A DNA stretch of 64,000 nucleotides. Source: Octopus bimaculoides. Taxonomy: Eukaryota. How positions within the stretch are numbered: position 1 is the stretch's first letter; every line of letters begins with the position of its first letter. Below are positions 1-15,200 of the stretch, piece after piece. The stretch lies in contig NC_068983.1 in the NCBI RefSeq assembly GCF_001194135.2, forward strand, positions 104,322,214-104,386,213. Direction: 5' to 3'. Below the pieces are notes generated by a model. The model had not been told where the DNA came from. It did not search any database and worked only from the letters and a program-made list of their open reading frames with translations. A program made the position numbers and the translations under genes.

Positions 1-291
1 CTTGGTGGACTTGAACTCAGAAGGTAAAGGCAGATGAAATGCCACTGAGCATTTTGTCTGATCTAATGATTTTGCCTTAATGAACAAAATAGTACCTTCA
101 GTATTGTTTTGCATAGTTCGTAATTTGGTAAACGATGGCTCATGGATGTTATCAAAAGCAATGAAGTAAGACTTAATTGACTGTTTTAATATTACCAGAT
201 TATCACTTGCAATATAAATATCTATATATAGTTTGTCTTGTATTAAAAATAAATCTCTTCATGATGATGATGATAATATTTTTCGTTTCAG

Positions 292-3200
292 AGGAATTCA
301 ACTCCATCCTTATTGACAGAACAATTAGCCCCACAGTCCAATATTCCATTCCTCCTCAAGGTTATAAGTCTGCAAACTGGTCTCCAAAAGGGGCAGATGA
401 TGTTGGCAGGTAAAAGCTTGTCCTAATACTTTAGATCTTCACATTATATATAAGCATTTGGATAATTGTTTACATATATAGCTTATTTCACCACCCTACA
501 TTTTTGAAGTCTGTGGATTTATCAATGGATATTACTGAAGTTTTGGGTATTTGTCTCTGACATCAATTACTGAACAATATAATTGTGCAACTTACTGCAT
601 TCCTATTTTTTTACATTGTTTTCTGACAATGCATTTTAACTTATCGTGAATATTATTTTCTCTACTTCTGTAGATGTGTCCTTGCATGCCTGGCCATTGA
701 TCACCGACTCACCATCTGTCGGGAAGATAGATACAGAAGTGTGTGGATTAAAGTAAGTACATGTTTTGTTCATTACAATTAATATCTATTAATTAAATGT
801 GGTGGGCAAGCTACTTAGTTACTCACAAAAAGTGTTGAGATATTTCTTGTAATTTGCTTATGTTAAATATGTCTGTTGTCAGCAAACTAAATTCACAAAA
901 GTGTTCTAACTAAAGTACAAAAGCATGCATAATTAAAGTGAAGATTTAATAACTGGATATTCTTGCTGATTATAACCAGTCAGTCAGTGAATTAACATAT
1001 AAAGCAAGATAGTATGAACTTTGTTATTGTTGTTGTTGGCACTCCGTCGCTTACAACGTCGAGGGTTCCAGTTGATCCGATCAACGGAACAGCCTGCTCG
1101 TGAAATTAATGTGCAAGTGGCTGAGCACTCCACAGACACGTGTATCCTTAACGTAGTTCTCGGGGATATTCAGCGTGACACAGTATGACGAGGCTGACCC
1201 TTTGAAATTACAGGCACAACAGAAACAGGAAGTAAGAGTGAGAGAAAGTTGTGGTGAAAGAGTACAGCAGGGTTCGCCACCATCCCCTGCCGGAGCCTCG
1301 TGAAGCTTTTAGGTGTTTTCGCTCAATAAACACTCACAACGCCCGGTCTGGGAATCGAAACCGCGATCCTATGACCGCGAGTCCACTGCCCTAACCATTG
1401 CGCCTCCAGTATGAACTTTATTTGAAGTCTATTGTCTTGATTTTTCTTTTAAATTTCCAGATAAATTCTAATTTTAACTTTCAGGTCATTGACTGCTCCA
1501 AAGTGTATGAAGACATTTGGAAAAAGAATAACAGCAGTTATTTAAAAGGACAGGAGATTAACTTTGAGTACCTGAAGACAATCTCCTATGCACTAGCAGC
1601 AGTTGGTAAGCTTTTAGTCACTCTCATTTTAGTTTCATCTTTGTTTTGATTTTTTTTACTCATTTTAATTTTTTGATGCAAACCTGTATGAGACTACTTT
1701 TCCATGATACAAAACACTTTGTTGTAAAGGGTTCATATTTCATGTAAAAACTTTCATGCTTGAACAGAGATGTGTAGATTTGTGCTGCATCCAAGAAGTA
1801 AGGTGGAGAGGTGGTTCTGCTAGGTTCCTCACAGGCAAAGAACATAGGTGTAAGATTTTCTGGGCAGGGAACACTAACGGGGTCGGGGGTGTGGGTATAC
1901 TTCTTGCAGAGAAATGGGTTAAGGTAATCAAGATAGAGTCTGATAGAATACTTAAAATTAGATTAGTGCTGCATCATGGGTTAGCAACCATTATCTCAGC
2001 CTATGCCCCTCAGCCGGGGCTACCTGATGGACAGAAAGACCGATTTTATGACACCCTCTTGCATACTACCTCATCGACAAATGACAAGGACCTTTTCTTT
2101 GTGTCTGGTGAGTTCAATGGGCATGTTGGACAAGATGCAGGGGGCTTCCATGGCGTACATGGAGGCTACGGTTTTGGTTCCTACAATGAGGAGGAAACCA
2201 GGCGGCTGGAGTTCTGCAATGCAAATGATCTTATGGTTTGTAACACTAACTTCAAGAATCCTGCCAGTCACCTATTCACCTATGGGAAAGACAGCTACTT
2301 ATAAATGCCAAAACCTTCCCAGGTGAAGAATGCACCCCACAACATAGATTAGTAGTTAGCGACTTCAGGATCAGGGCTAAATGGATGCTCAGAAGACGAC
2401 TAGCATGGAGGAGAAGGGTCTGGAAGCTTAAGGATCCTGCAAATGGATAGAGATTTAGACATATTACTCAAAGCTTTTGACGAAATAGAGGGGGATATAG
2501 CATCACATGATGTGGAAGACAACTGGAGGTTTCTACGGGACAACAAGTTGAGGGCCACTGACCAGATCTGTGGATGGTGCAAAGTCCCCTCTGAAAGTGT
2601 AGCTGCTAGAGTAAGGATAGCCTGGGCAAAGTTCAGAAAGCTCCTACCTCTGCTGGTGACAAAGGGCCTCTTGCTCAGAGTAAAAGGTAGACTGTATGAT
2701 GCATGTGTGCAAACAGCTATGCTACATGGCAGTGAAACATGGGCCGTGACTATTGAGGACATGCATAAGCTTGCAAGGAATGAAGCCAGTATACTCCGCT
2801 GGATGTGTAATATCCGTGTGCATACATGACAGAGTGTAAAAGTTGGACTTAAGAAGCATTAGATGTGGTGTACAAGAGAGACGACTGTGCTGGTGTGGTC
2901 ATGTGTCACGAATGGATGAGGACAGCTGTGTGAAAAAGTGTAACACCCTAGCAGTTGAGGGAACCTGCGGAAGACCTGGGATGAGGTGGTGAAGCACGAC
3001 CTTCAAACATTGGGCCTCACCGAGGCAATGACAAGTGACCAAGACCTTTGGAGATATGCTGTGCTTGAGAAGACCCGGCAAGCCAAGTGAGACCATAACC
3101 GTGGTCTCACTTGGCTTGTGGTGTATAACCAGCCCATTTAAGAGTACCCTTGAATCATTGGACACTAAACTCTGTTTACAAAGACCTGTTGGGGCAAGTG

Positions 3201-6200
3201 AAATCGCTGTCGTGGCCAATGACAGTACTACCTGATTGACAGCATGATCATTGCCAGGGCCAGTGACCGGCTCCTGCGCCAGTGGCACGTAAAAAAGCAC
3301 CATTTGAGCGTGGCCGATGCCAGTACTGCCTTACTGGCCCTCGTGCCAGTGGCACGTAAAAGCACCCACTACACTGTCGGAGTGGTTGGTGTTAGGAAGG
3401 GCATCCAGCTGTAGAAACTTTGCCAGATCTGACTGGAGACTGATGCAGCCTTCTGGCTCACCAGCCCTCAGTCAAACCCATTTCAGCATGGAAAGCGGAC
3501 GTTAAATGATGATGATGACAAAATAATGAAGTTACATATTTGTCTAAATCCCTAACTATTTTTACTTATTTTCAAAATTATTAGAAACACTTAAACAATA
3601 TTTTTCATTAGAAATATAGTCACAAAGGAATTAATCATCTATTTGAAGACATTTTAGAAATAAATTATTTTTAAGAATAAAACAAGAAAATAAGATCCAC
3701 CAGCTCTCCCTTATCAAATTAAATATTTTGTGAATGTCTAAATAATATTCAGGCCTTTCAAGTAGATTTTTAGTCTTAATGTTGTTGCATTTATTTCCTA
3801 ACATTAATTTGAAGCATTTCAAAATGACAAAAATTTTTCCTATATTTGTTTAATAGATCTATTTATAACTAGAAAAGATTTCACTTTTACCTCTTGCTTA
3901 GCTGTCAGAAGGGCAGTTCTTGAAAGTTTATTGCTCTCATGCTCATATGGGGAAATTGATTTATTTACTATATTAAATTCCTGGCTGAAATTAGTAGAAA
4001 AATAAAATAATTTCACTGTTATATATTTTATCATGTTGTAATTTACTATGTTATGCATCATACCTAATATACTTGATTGTTTTCTACTTAGCTATGGCCT
4101 GGTCTAACACATATGAGACATTCCCTGCTATAATACACCCAGATGATCGGAATCTGCTGATGCAAAGTTCCACTGAAAAATCCAAATATTCCATATTTGC
4201 CTCAGCAATGAAAAACGGGGATGTTGTCTTTTGGAAGGTCCACTTTCCTATAATATGCAGGTAAATGAAACTGACTCTACTTTCTCCATTTATTATTATT
4301 ACCTAAACTGTGTATATGTTTAACCCTTTAGCATTCAAATTATTCTGTGAAATGTAATGCTTATTTATTTACAATGCTTTGAATTAATCATGTTTTATCT
4401 TGTAACCTTGAGATTTCATTGATGTTATTGTTTATGTTCAAAACGACATTCTAAGGTAGGTGTGAGATGCCAGATCTGGTCACTTTGAACATAGAACATG
4501 TAGAATATTTTGGCTGAATGTGGCCGGTTTAAATGCTAAAGGGTTAATGTTGCTTTTAACTTTTAAAACTTTTTTTTTTCATACTAATGTGATGAAATGA
4601 TTATTACAAAACTGGCTGTGTGGTTAAGAAGTTAAGCTTTGCAAACCACATAGTGCCAGTTTCAATCCCTCTGCATGGTGCTGTAGCTAAGTGTTTTTCT
4701 ACCTGAGCCTTAAGTTGACCAAAGCCTGGTGAGTGAAATTTAGGAAACAAACTATGCAAAGGATGGCCAATAAGTCACTGCAACAAAAAAAATTACCTTA
4801 CAGTATTTATCTTCAAGTTACATGCTTTTACATAAGATGGACTTAGCCATTCAATACATAAAATAAGAAGCAGGCAGAGTACTGGGGTTAACATGATTGA
4901 CTAAAATACTTGATGATTACCATCAAATAGACTAAAACCAGTAAAGGAATATATTGTTGGAACAATTGCTTTATAGCTGGATGCTTCTCTTTTAGAGCAT
5001 ACCATATGCATCACTGCCTCTCTCAAGTTGAGCTCCATTTTAGAATGAAGCTAGAGGAGAAATGATGAGTATATTTTGTATTAAATTGAAGCTGGTATTA
5101 CTATCAGCAAGGGAAAATGTCTGTCTTGGATCTTTAATCCATCAAGCAAGATGCAACTGATTATATATGTTTTCAAAGAATGGGAAATACCTGTGAAATG
5201 TATAATTACTGAAAAATCAAACCTGCTTACATACCTATATTCATCATCATCATTATCATCATAATCATGGTAAGGGTTGGATGGCTTGACAGGAACTAGC
5301 AAGGCCAGAGGTTGCACCAGGTGTCACAGTCTGTTTTGGCTTGGTTTCTACAGCTGGATGTCCTTCCAAATGCCAACCACTTTACAGTGTACTGGGTGCT
5401 TTTTAGATGGCACTATCACCAGTGCTCCTTACGCGGCACCATCACCTGTGCTTTTTTATGTGGTACCATCACCAGTGCTTTTTACATGGTACCAGCACTG
5501 GTGCATTTTATATGGCACCATCATCAATGCATTTTACATTGCACTATCACCAGTGCTTTTTATGTGGTACCAGCACTGGTACTTTTCACATGGTACCAGC
5601 ACCAGTGCTTTTTACGTGGTACCAGCACCAGTGCTTTTTACGTGGTACCAGCACCAGTGCTTTTCACGTGGTACCAGCACCAGTGCTTTTTAATTGGCAC
5701 CTTGGTTATTTGATATATAATCTCAGCTGCAGCAAGCTAGTATAGAAGATGCTATGCACACACAGACACACACACCAATTTGCTAATGTAATAATTGATT
5801 TTTTTAATATTTGGTTAAATTTGTTTAATTATTTATACTTTAATTATTTTACCATTTTCTTATTTCAGTGGGGACTGTGTATATTTGACCACAGCTTCTA
5901 TACATGACAGCATTCCTACTTCCATGTCATGGTGCCCTTCTCAAGAAGGTAATCTAGAACTATTGTTGTTGATGTTGTATAGCCCTAGGTCAGCCCTAAT
6001 TAAGCCAACCTATGATCAAAGTTTTCCCACCTCCTTATTATATATTTGGGACTATACTGTCTTGTGAATTTTTTTTTTTTTTTGTAAGACAGTAGGGCAT
6101 GATATGAAGAAGATTTTGACTGCTATTTCTAGTAGGTCGAGCACTAATGCAAAGGCTCCCTCAATTGGAGTCTAAAACTCCTTCATCCCTCTATGGTGTA

Positions 6201-9200
6201 GAAACCATTTTAAAATTGTTTATACTCATGCAATTTGTTTTTCAGCTGTTTATTCATTGGTGGTTTACTTTGTCTTATTAACCAGCTTTGTTAACTTATT
6301 CAACCCTTTTTCACTTGGATGTCCTTGAAATTGTACAATCTAGCTGCCCCTCAACCTTTCCTTATCATGCAATCTGACATAGTTGTATGTAGGTCTCTTT
6401 CTCCTTTTTTTCCACTAAATAGCCACATGAAGGATATCTTATCCCTTTATAATGTGGCTTGACATAACCATTATCACCTTCTGGTAATGTCAGTCTTAAC
6501 TGCTTCTACTTTTCTGTGCACCTCATTATGACACACGTGAATCCATAGCATCTTACATAATCAGGGTTGTTTAAACACTAATGCATTCCTTTTAGTTGTT
6601 CATTGTAAAGCAATACAGAACACAGCACAGCAGCATGCATACTCTTACTCTTTTACTTGTTTCAGTCATTTGACTGTGGCCATGCTGGAGCACTGCCTTT
6701 AGTCGAGCAAATCAACCCCGGGACTTATTCTTTGGAAGCCTAGTACTTATTCTATCGGTCGCTTTTGCCAAACCGCTAAGTTACGGGGACATAAACACAC
6801 CAGCATCGTTTGTCAAGCAATGCTAGGGGGACAAACACACACATATACATATATATACATATATACGATGGGCTTCTTTCAGTTTCCGTCTACCAAATCC
6901 ACTCACACGGCTTTGGTTGGCCCGAGGCTATAGTAGAAGACATTTGCCCAAGGTGCCACGTAGTGGGACTGAACCCAGAACCATGTGGTTGGTAAGCAAG
7001 CTACTTACCACACAGCCACTCCTGCGTATGTGCGTTTTTGTGGTGAATGTAGTTATTGCTCTTGTTATTGTTGTTGTTTACTCTCAAGTCAGCCTTTATT
7101 GAACAAATCTATACTCAGAGGCATTCCAGCCGACTTTCTTGTCTCTTTCTTGAGCACAATGAACTTAGAACCACATTATCCAATATGTGTTCTTTTCACT
7201 AAGACAGCATTGTGTGCTTTGAGGGAGATTTGGCAACTAATTCTAGCAGTCAAGTGACCGTTTGGAAGTTGGCTTGTGACATCATTGATTTATTTGAAAG
7301 TTAGAGTGTATATAACATATATAGAGGAAATAATTACTAAAGAGTACATAGGTAAGATGTCAGTGTTGCTGTTGTTGTTGCTTATGTGTTTGATTTTTGT
7401 ATTTGAAGGTTGTTGTTTGCTGATTGTATTGACCATTATTTTAATAATTTCAGATATGATATTAGCTGTGGGCTATTCTGATGGAATGATAAAAGTGATT
7501 CGTTTCAACTTGACATGTGGCATTGTGTCTGACAGCGAAGATGTTTGGGCTGATCCTGATTTAATATCTGTAAATGCTCTCAGTTGGCAATGCCTCGACA
7601 TCCATCAGGTTAGAATGTGATCTTACAATAAATTTTAGTCTTGCATCAATTTACATTTATTTCTTGAATAAACTGCGCTATGACTGCAGGTTTGTGAGCT
7701 GGATTTTTGACCACAGAATTTGGAGGTCATCACTATAGCTATTGGTGGCATATCTTGAGCAAGGCATATAACTCTATTTCACTTTGCCTTACTTGACAAA
7801 AGTTGATTTTTACCTTACTTGACAGTTGACTGGTTAGTAGTAGCAATAGCATTCAACTGTGAAAAAAAATTTTCTTTTGAATTGCTCAGATAAAAGCCAT
7901 CCAATCCATGCAAGTATGGTTAAAAAAAAAGAATATATGCAAAATAACTACAATAAAAAAAAACATAGAAAAATGATATTGTATTTGGAATAGAGAACTA
8001 ACTCTGCTCACCAACACTTGTAGATAGAATCTAGGAAATGTTTAAAGAAAAACATTTATTCATTATTTCTTATGTAACATTTTTCTTTCTTCTGTTCCTT
8101 CTAAATTTTTTGGCCTTATCTCTTCTGCTTTTATGTTTCATCCTACTTTCAGAATCTGTTTTTCTCAGCTCAGCATAATAGCCCCACTATCTTAAAACAG
8201 CATGAACTTAGTACTTCATGTTTGTTCATTTAACCTTTAACCTTTATCAAGCTTATTTCATATTTCACCCTAGCTTCTCATCTTTCAGGACACTTTTCTC
8301 ACAAATGGAAATATCTCTACCTTAACTAATTAAAAAAACAAAAATGCATTAAAGTACATTAAATTAATTTTTGACAAGTGTAAAGAATTATGCATTAAAA
8401 CATTGACGCATAACTGCATAAAGGTTAAGGTTATTGTTGTAGTCTGTCATTTCATAGAATCAGCATCTAACCATGGATGTATTTCCTACTTCAGAAGTCA
8501 TTTACTAGTGGAGTGGTTTATTCAACCTTTATAATGAATGTCAAGCTATATTGCACTATGGACCAGTACACATAAGCATGAGATTTTTCAGTCTCACATA
8601 ATTCTGATATTATTAAGTAGCATATGACAATTATAAAATACCCAGTACCACAACTATCATAAATAGTTAAGCATTTGTTCCACTTTAGATAGATTTAACC
8701 TAACATTGTCTCTCTATCGCAGCTGATTCCTAACTAATTTCCATTTTAGCTCAAAACATCTTAATGCTATTTTCCTTACTGACCTTGTTTTTCCTGTATT
8801 CTACATTATGCTTTTAACATTGCTCATACAACCACCCTTTTGTAGTAAAAGAGAATGACTTTGTTATCAATAAGGTCTATAATTCTCAATATTTCTTGAG
8901 ATCATTTAACTGTTTTAAGTGTCATTAAACATATACCTGAACTGTACAGAATTTGTTACTATAGTTAGTTTTACCATACAATATTCAAAATAGCACAACA
9001 GGTATAGTACCATAATATTGGTAGTGTATATCTAATTTCCTTTTATGTGCTTCTAACCATATATGTTTTTATTTTCTTTACAGGATCAATGGCTTTTGTT
9101 TGCCTCAAAAGATCTTTTTATAATGGCTTTTGTGTTAGACAGAGCTAAATTAACTTGTATTCAAATGGTACACATCAGAGGACAGTACAATCTTTCCTGT

Positions 9201-12200
9201 ACAGGTAAAATATATTCGTAAATATATACATATTAAACTACTTGATGAAAATCATCATCATCTTTATGGGTTTTTTTATGAAGTGAAATTTTGTATATAC
9301 TAATTATTAGGCTTTTGCTTTAAATTTCAGTGAAAGATAAATTAGGGTCAGAACTGTGAGGTTAAGATCACCTCAAAATTAATCAAGTGTTTTATACCTG
9401 AGCCAAGGGCTTTGTGCAATTTGTAAACAGAAATTATGCAAAATGCTGTGTGTGTGTATGTTTGTGTGCATGTATCATGGTGAATGATATATATATCCAT
9501 TGGTTAGAAAATTAATATATCTGTTTGTTGAACCAAAATACCTTGTGAAATTTATCCCCCTAAATTGGAACTTAAGTTCTTGTTACTCTTAACATTGAAA
9601 ATGCAATGAACCAATGATTGGCCCATTAAAAACCAATGACACAGTTTATTACAAAATGTGATATAAATTTCTTTCTGAACTTAAAAAAAATTTAAATATA
9701 TCATCTTCCATCTACAAATTATCTTTATTTTCCAAATGACTTTGTCATTTTACGAGTTTACTAATTTTTAGTAAATTTTTACAAGTTTACTAATTTTCTC
9801 CCATATACTTCGGTTAATTTCATTGTTAATAAGGTTTTAATTGTTATTTTTTACTAATTTTCTTTCAGGTATGTCCTCGCGTAGTGGTACATTGGCTCTC
9901 TCGGCTTCTGATGAAAAGGTTCAACTTATAAAAGCTACAATGAAGGATGAAGGTAAATGATGACACTCCTTATTCTCAAATAGTGGTTAGTGTCTTCTAC
10001 ATTTCCCAGTTATTATAGAATACCTTGTTGGCATTAAAGAATATTACTTATTATCAGGATAGTTATGTTACTAAAACTAAGTAGTTGCATTGATTTGTAC
10101 CACATTCCTGGCAGTGAGGTCTCTTAATTTTCTCTAAGCCTTCTTTTTACTATAATATAGCTTATAAGAGTAAAAGCACTTTATTTTCTATTGCCAAAAT
10201 ATGAATAAGATTTTATAAGTAGACGATATCAACCAACTGAGGGAGTAGGATCAAATAACCTACAATTTAAATCAAAGACCCCTTTTTTAATCCTCAATTT
10301 TAGCCATTTCATTTCTTCTGCTACGCAGTCTTATTTCTCTTTTCCTATAAAGCATACATCAAATAATACATGCAGTCCTTCTTAAGAATTTGTTTTGCTC
10401 TTATGTATTCTCACCAAACGAGACATTTCTAACTCAGTAATATCTATGTTAACCATATATGTGTCACACCAACCTGTCTGATTAAAAAAAAGCCCTTACA
10501 AGCTAATGGGAAGAATCAACCCTCATTTTTCTGAGACAGAGCAACTAAAACAACAGAACAACAGAAGCTACTACTGTCATCTGATATATAATTATATAAT
10601 ATATAATCTGTTGTTAGGTAAATTGGAAACTGCATGAAGATAGTTTTGATGGCATGTAAATTACCTTTGATGATTAGTATGATACTTCATATTCTGGAAT
10701 TGATAAAATGCATTCCAATAATATGAAGGGGTGCTGAAAAGTTCCTGGCTTTGGGTAAAAGAAAATACAGGAGGATCAGTTAATTATGATTTAATTAAAC
10801 ATATTCTCCTCTCGGATTCACACACTTATTTCAGCAGTCCTTCAGTTTTTGTAAACCCTTTAAAAGAAGCCAGAAAGCTGGTCTTCCAACTAGGCCTTTT
10901 GTGATACCCTTAAACCCAGGAACTTTTCAGCATTCCCATGTATACTGATTTGATTCAATCTTTAATTTTTTTACAGTCATTCATCCATGCTTGCATAGCT
11001 GTCAACTTTGTCTTTCATTCCTTCAGGGCTGATAAAATAAAGTACCACTCACATACTGTGACTAATGTAATTGACTTGCCACCCACCTCCTCCAAATTTC
11101 TGTTCTTAAACTATGCAACTGGGCCAGTGTCCCATTCAGAGAGAGTGTTGTAGTCTTGGTCATTTGTATGCCATGGAAAATGGGTAACTAGCCTTATGAA
11201 TCCTAGGGATCAAAAAAATAAAATAGAGGCAATAAGTTGTTTTTTTAAGCAGTTATTTACTTTATCACAATTAGAAATTCTGTACAAATTCTCATATGAA
11301 AAGATAATTTTATAAATATTCAAGACACATGTTTCACAATAAACATTTCCTCCAAAGAATCTAGCTCAAGTTGCAAAACAATACATCATCATCATCATTG
11401 TTTAACGTCCGCTTTCCATGCTAGCATGGGTTGGATGATTTGACTGAGGACTGGTGAAACCAGATAGCTACACCAGGCTCTAATCTGATTTGGCAGTCTC
11501 TCTACAGCTGGATGCCCTTCCTAACGCCAACCACTCTGAGAGTGTAGTAGGTGCTTTTACATGCCACCGGCACGAAGGCCAGTCAGGCGGTACTGGCAAC
11601 GGCCACGCTCAAAATGGTGTATTTTACATGCCATTTGCACAGGAGCCAGTTTGGCAGCACTGGCAACTATTTCGCTCGAATGTCTTTACATGTGCCATCT
11701 GGCACAAATGCCAGGAAGGCAATGCTGGGCACAGGTGCCATTGACAGTTTCGCTTTCGCTTGCCCCAATAGGTCTTCGCAAGCCGAGTTTCGTTTCCAAT
11801 GAAAGAGACGACGTTGGCATGGGTGCCAGTCATCGAATTTAATTCGATTTCGATTTCACTTGCCTCAACAGGTTTTCGCAAGCGAAGTTTAGTGTCTAAT
11901 GAAGGAAGGTACATATAAGTGGGCTGCCTGAGGCCTTCAATTTAGGTCTCACTTGGCTTGCCGGGTCTTCTCACACACAGCATATTTCCAAGGCTTGCCG
12001 GGTCTTCTCATGCACAGCATATTTCCAATACAAGTGATATCAAATTTTAAAATTAATTGAAAATGTCTAAGTAACATTGTAATATAAGCTTTCAGTGTAA
12101 TTCAGACTGCCTCATGGTCCCAGCAGACAAAATGGAAAAGGTGTTGCCCTGGAGGGTAGTGAGGGAGATGTGCTGGAACATCCACTCTGACTCACAGGGC

Positions 12201-15200
12201 TCACACTTGCAGACAGCCATCTCTGCTCTAATAGCAGTGAGCAGGGATGTGATAAAGCAACTAAATTAATGAGTTAAACCAAGCTTATGTTCCAAACTGC
12301 AATTCTCTCCAGCAGTTATTTTGACACCTGGATATCATTTAGGAGTTGAACCACTTTTTTTTCTTCTCATACAAGTTAGGTAGATTGTTTTAGGGTGCAA
12401 CTCTAGTAAGATCTTAACTCATGACCATATACTCAATAGTCCAGTATTTTGACCCCTCAACTAATGTACCTCTTATTTACTTATATAAAATTAGTGTTTA
12501 TAAAAAGATTGTACAATCAATCACTATTTATATTATCAACTACCTATAAAACAGAAGAATATGTGATGAGTTATGACCCTAAGAATGAAATCATTAATAT
12601 TTCAATAGATCAAGGCAGCCAGAATCATTAGCACGCCAGGCAGAATGCTTACTCTTTTACTTGTTTCAGTCATTTGGCTGCGGCCATGCTGGAGCACCAC
12701 CTTTAGTCGAGCAAATCGACCCCCAGGACTTATTCTTTGTAAGCCTAGTACTTATTCTATCGGTCTCTTTTGCTAAACTGCTAAGTTATGGGGACGTAAA
12801 CACACTAGCATTGGTTGTCAAGCAATGGTGGCGGGGGGACAAACACAGACACGCAAACACACATACATATATATATATATACATGTATACGACGGGCTTC
12901 TTTCAGTTTCCGTCTACCAAATTCACTCACAAGGCTTTGGTCGGCCCAAGGCTATAGTAGAAGACACTTGCCCAAGGTGCCACGCAGTGGGACTGAACCC
13001 GGAACCATGTGGTTGGTAAGCAAGCTACTTACCACACAGCCACTCCATCCATCTTTACCTTCAGAGTTCAAATTCCCCAAGGGTCAACTTTGCTTTTCAT
13101 CCTTCCAAGGTCAATAAAATAAGTACCAGTTGAGCATTGGGGTCAATGTAATTGAGTGGACCCTCTCTTGTAATAGCTGCTCTTGTGCCAAAATTTGAAA
13201 TCAATATTTCAATAGATCATGTCAAAATTTTAATGTTTGTTATAATTAATTTTAGAAATAATCTTCAGTTTCTGATTTTGTACTCATTCATTTTCTTTTA
13301 CCCTATTTCCAGAGTTAAAGTTGGATAGTAAATTATTTCCTATAACTATCGACTGCCCTGTTTTTGCTTTACAATACATCGGTGTAGCTCTCTCACCAAA
13401 TGCTTCATTGTTAGCTGTTGTCGCTTGCCCTGCTTGCCCTTTTGATCAGAAGCAATTGAAGGAACCTTTGATGGTAAGCTAAGATGTTGTCATCTTTTTA
13501 TTATATGTCATTTTCCAGACTTTCAGCATCCCCCCCTTAGCCTAATTGTCATTTATTCATATCTAATAGTAAACAGTAAGATCTACCTTATACATGGAGA
13601 AATACAAAAAAATTGAGTGGATCACATCTTCATACACATGTAAAGAAACAAAAAACATACTCTTACAATTACAACATGATACACATATTTGTATATAAAT
13701 TCAAAAAAGGATAAAAATCTTTTACAAGAATTTTATCAGGAAGCCAGTGTGTAAAAAAATTCATAAGGGAAATTTCTATTCCCAAGAATATAATTATTCG
13801 TTTATATTTATATAAGGGCATTACTACAGAATAATGCTACACAACAGTTGTGTGACATTATTCTGTAGTAATGCCCTTATATAAATATATATATATATAC
13901 GCACACACACACACATTCTCTATTACTATTTTGTACATTTACATGAAAAAGATACTCTTAAAATTAGATCAGTTATTAGAGGTAAGTACACATGCACGCA
14001 CATCTTACATTGTAATGTTACTATGCAAAAGTAGTTCAATTTTTGCTTCTATGATATAATATTACTTTTTATACAACCTTCCCCTGCACTCTTTCTTTTC
14101 TCTCTCTCTCCTTATTTTTTCTCTGTCTATAAGTCTAGGAGCTTTTGCTTATGTAAGAAATTACTATTTTTTGTCTCTGTTTATTTTTATAGCTGTGTGT
14201 CAGCCGTCTGAGCTTGTGGCCAGAATACCCTGATATTCTGCAGCTCTCTGAACATAGTAAGTAGTTTTTTGATTTGTATCGATCATGACTAAATGTGAGA
14301 GTAAATATACATCATTTTTTGAGCGAGATCATTGCCAGTGCCCCTGGACTGGCTCTTGTGCGGGTGACACATAAAATACACCATTTTGAGCATGGCCGTT
14401 GCCAGTACCGCCTGACTGGCCTTAGTGCCGGTAGCACGTAAAAGCACCCACTACACTCTCGGAGTGGTTGGCGTTAGGAAGGGCATTCAGCTGTAGAAAT
14501 TCTGCCAAATCAGATTGAAGAGGGGTGTAGCAATCTGGTTTCACCAGTCCTCAGCCAAATCGTCCAACCCATGCTAGCATGGAAAGCGGACATTAAACGA
14601 TGATGATGATGGTGTGAAATAATACATGCTTGAATATATAATGAGTAGAAATCTTAATACAGTTATTGTTTTATGTTCCTTTTCTATCCACGTTTATCTG
14701 CTTTCATTAGTTGAATGGTTAACAACCTACAGTAAAATATATTTTTTACACCAGTTCAAATAAATCAATTTATACTTTTGCAAGTATCCAACTTTAATGT
14801 CACGAAAAGTATGTAACATGAAGAATAAAGTAAATGATGAAATTTAAGGTGTGCAAGGGAGTGCTGAAAAGTTCCTGGCTTTATGGGTATTGCAAAAGGC
14901 CTAGCTGGAGGCCCAGTCTTCTGAATTCTTTTACAGGGCTTAGAAAAACTGAAAGACCCCTGCAATAAGCGTATGAATCTGAGAGGGGAATATGTTCAAT
15001 AAAATCATAATTAACTGATCCTCCTGTATTTTCTTTTACCCAAAGCTAGGAATTTTTCATCACCCCTCTTATATGTATATAACACATCACTGGTATCACA
15101 AGCCAGCTTCTAAATGGTCACTTGACTGCTAGAAATAGTAGCCAAATTTCCATCAAATCACACACTGCTGTCTTAGAAAAACGAATACATTGGATAATGT

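Noticed and set aside
1340-1407. tRNA gene (also 28880-28952 and other SINE heads)
   Set aside because: These are SINE heads continuous with repeat bodies and flanked by TSDs, without a complete cloverleaf.
5400-5692. CRISPR-like array
   Set aside because: Head-to-tail units with no unique spacers, in a eukaryotic intron.
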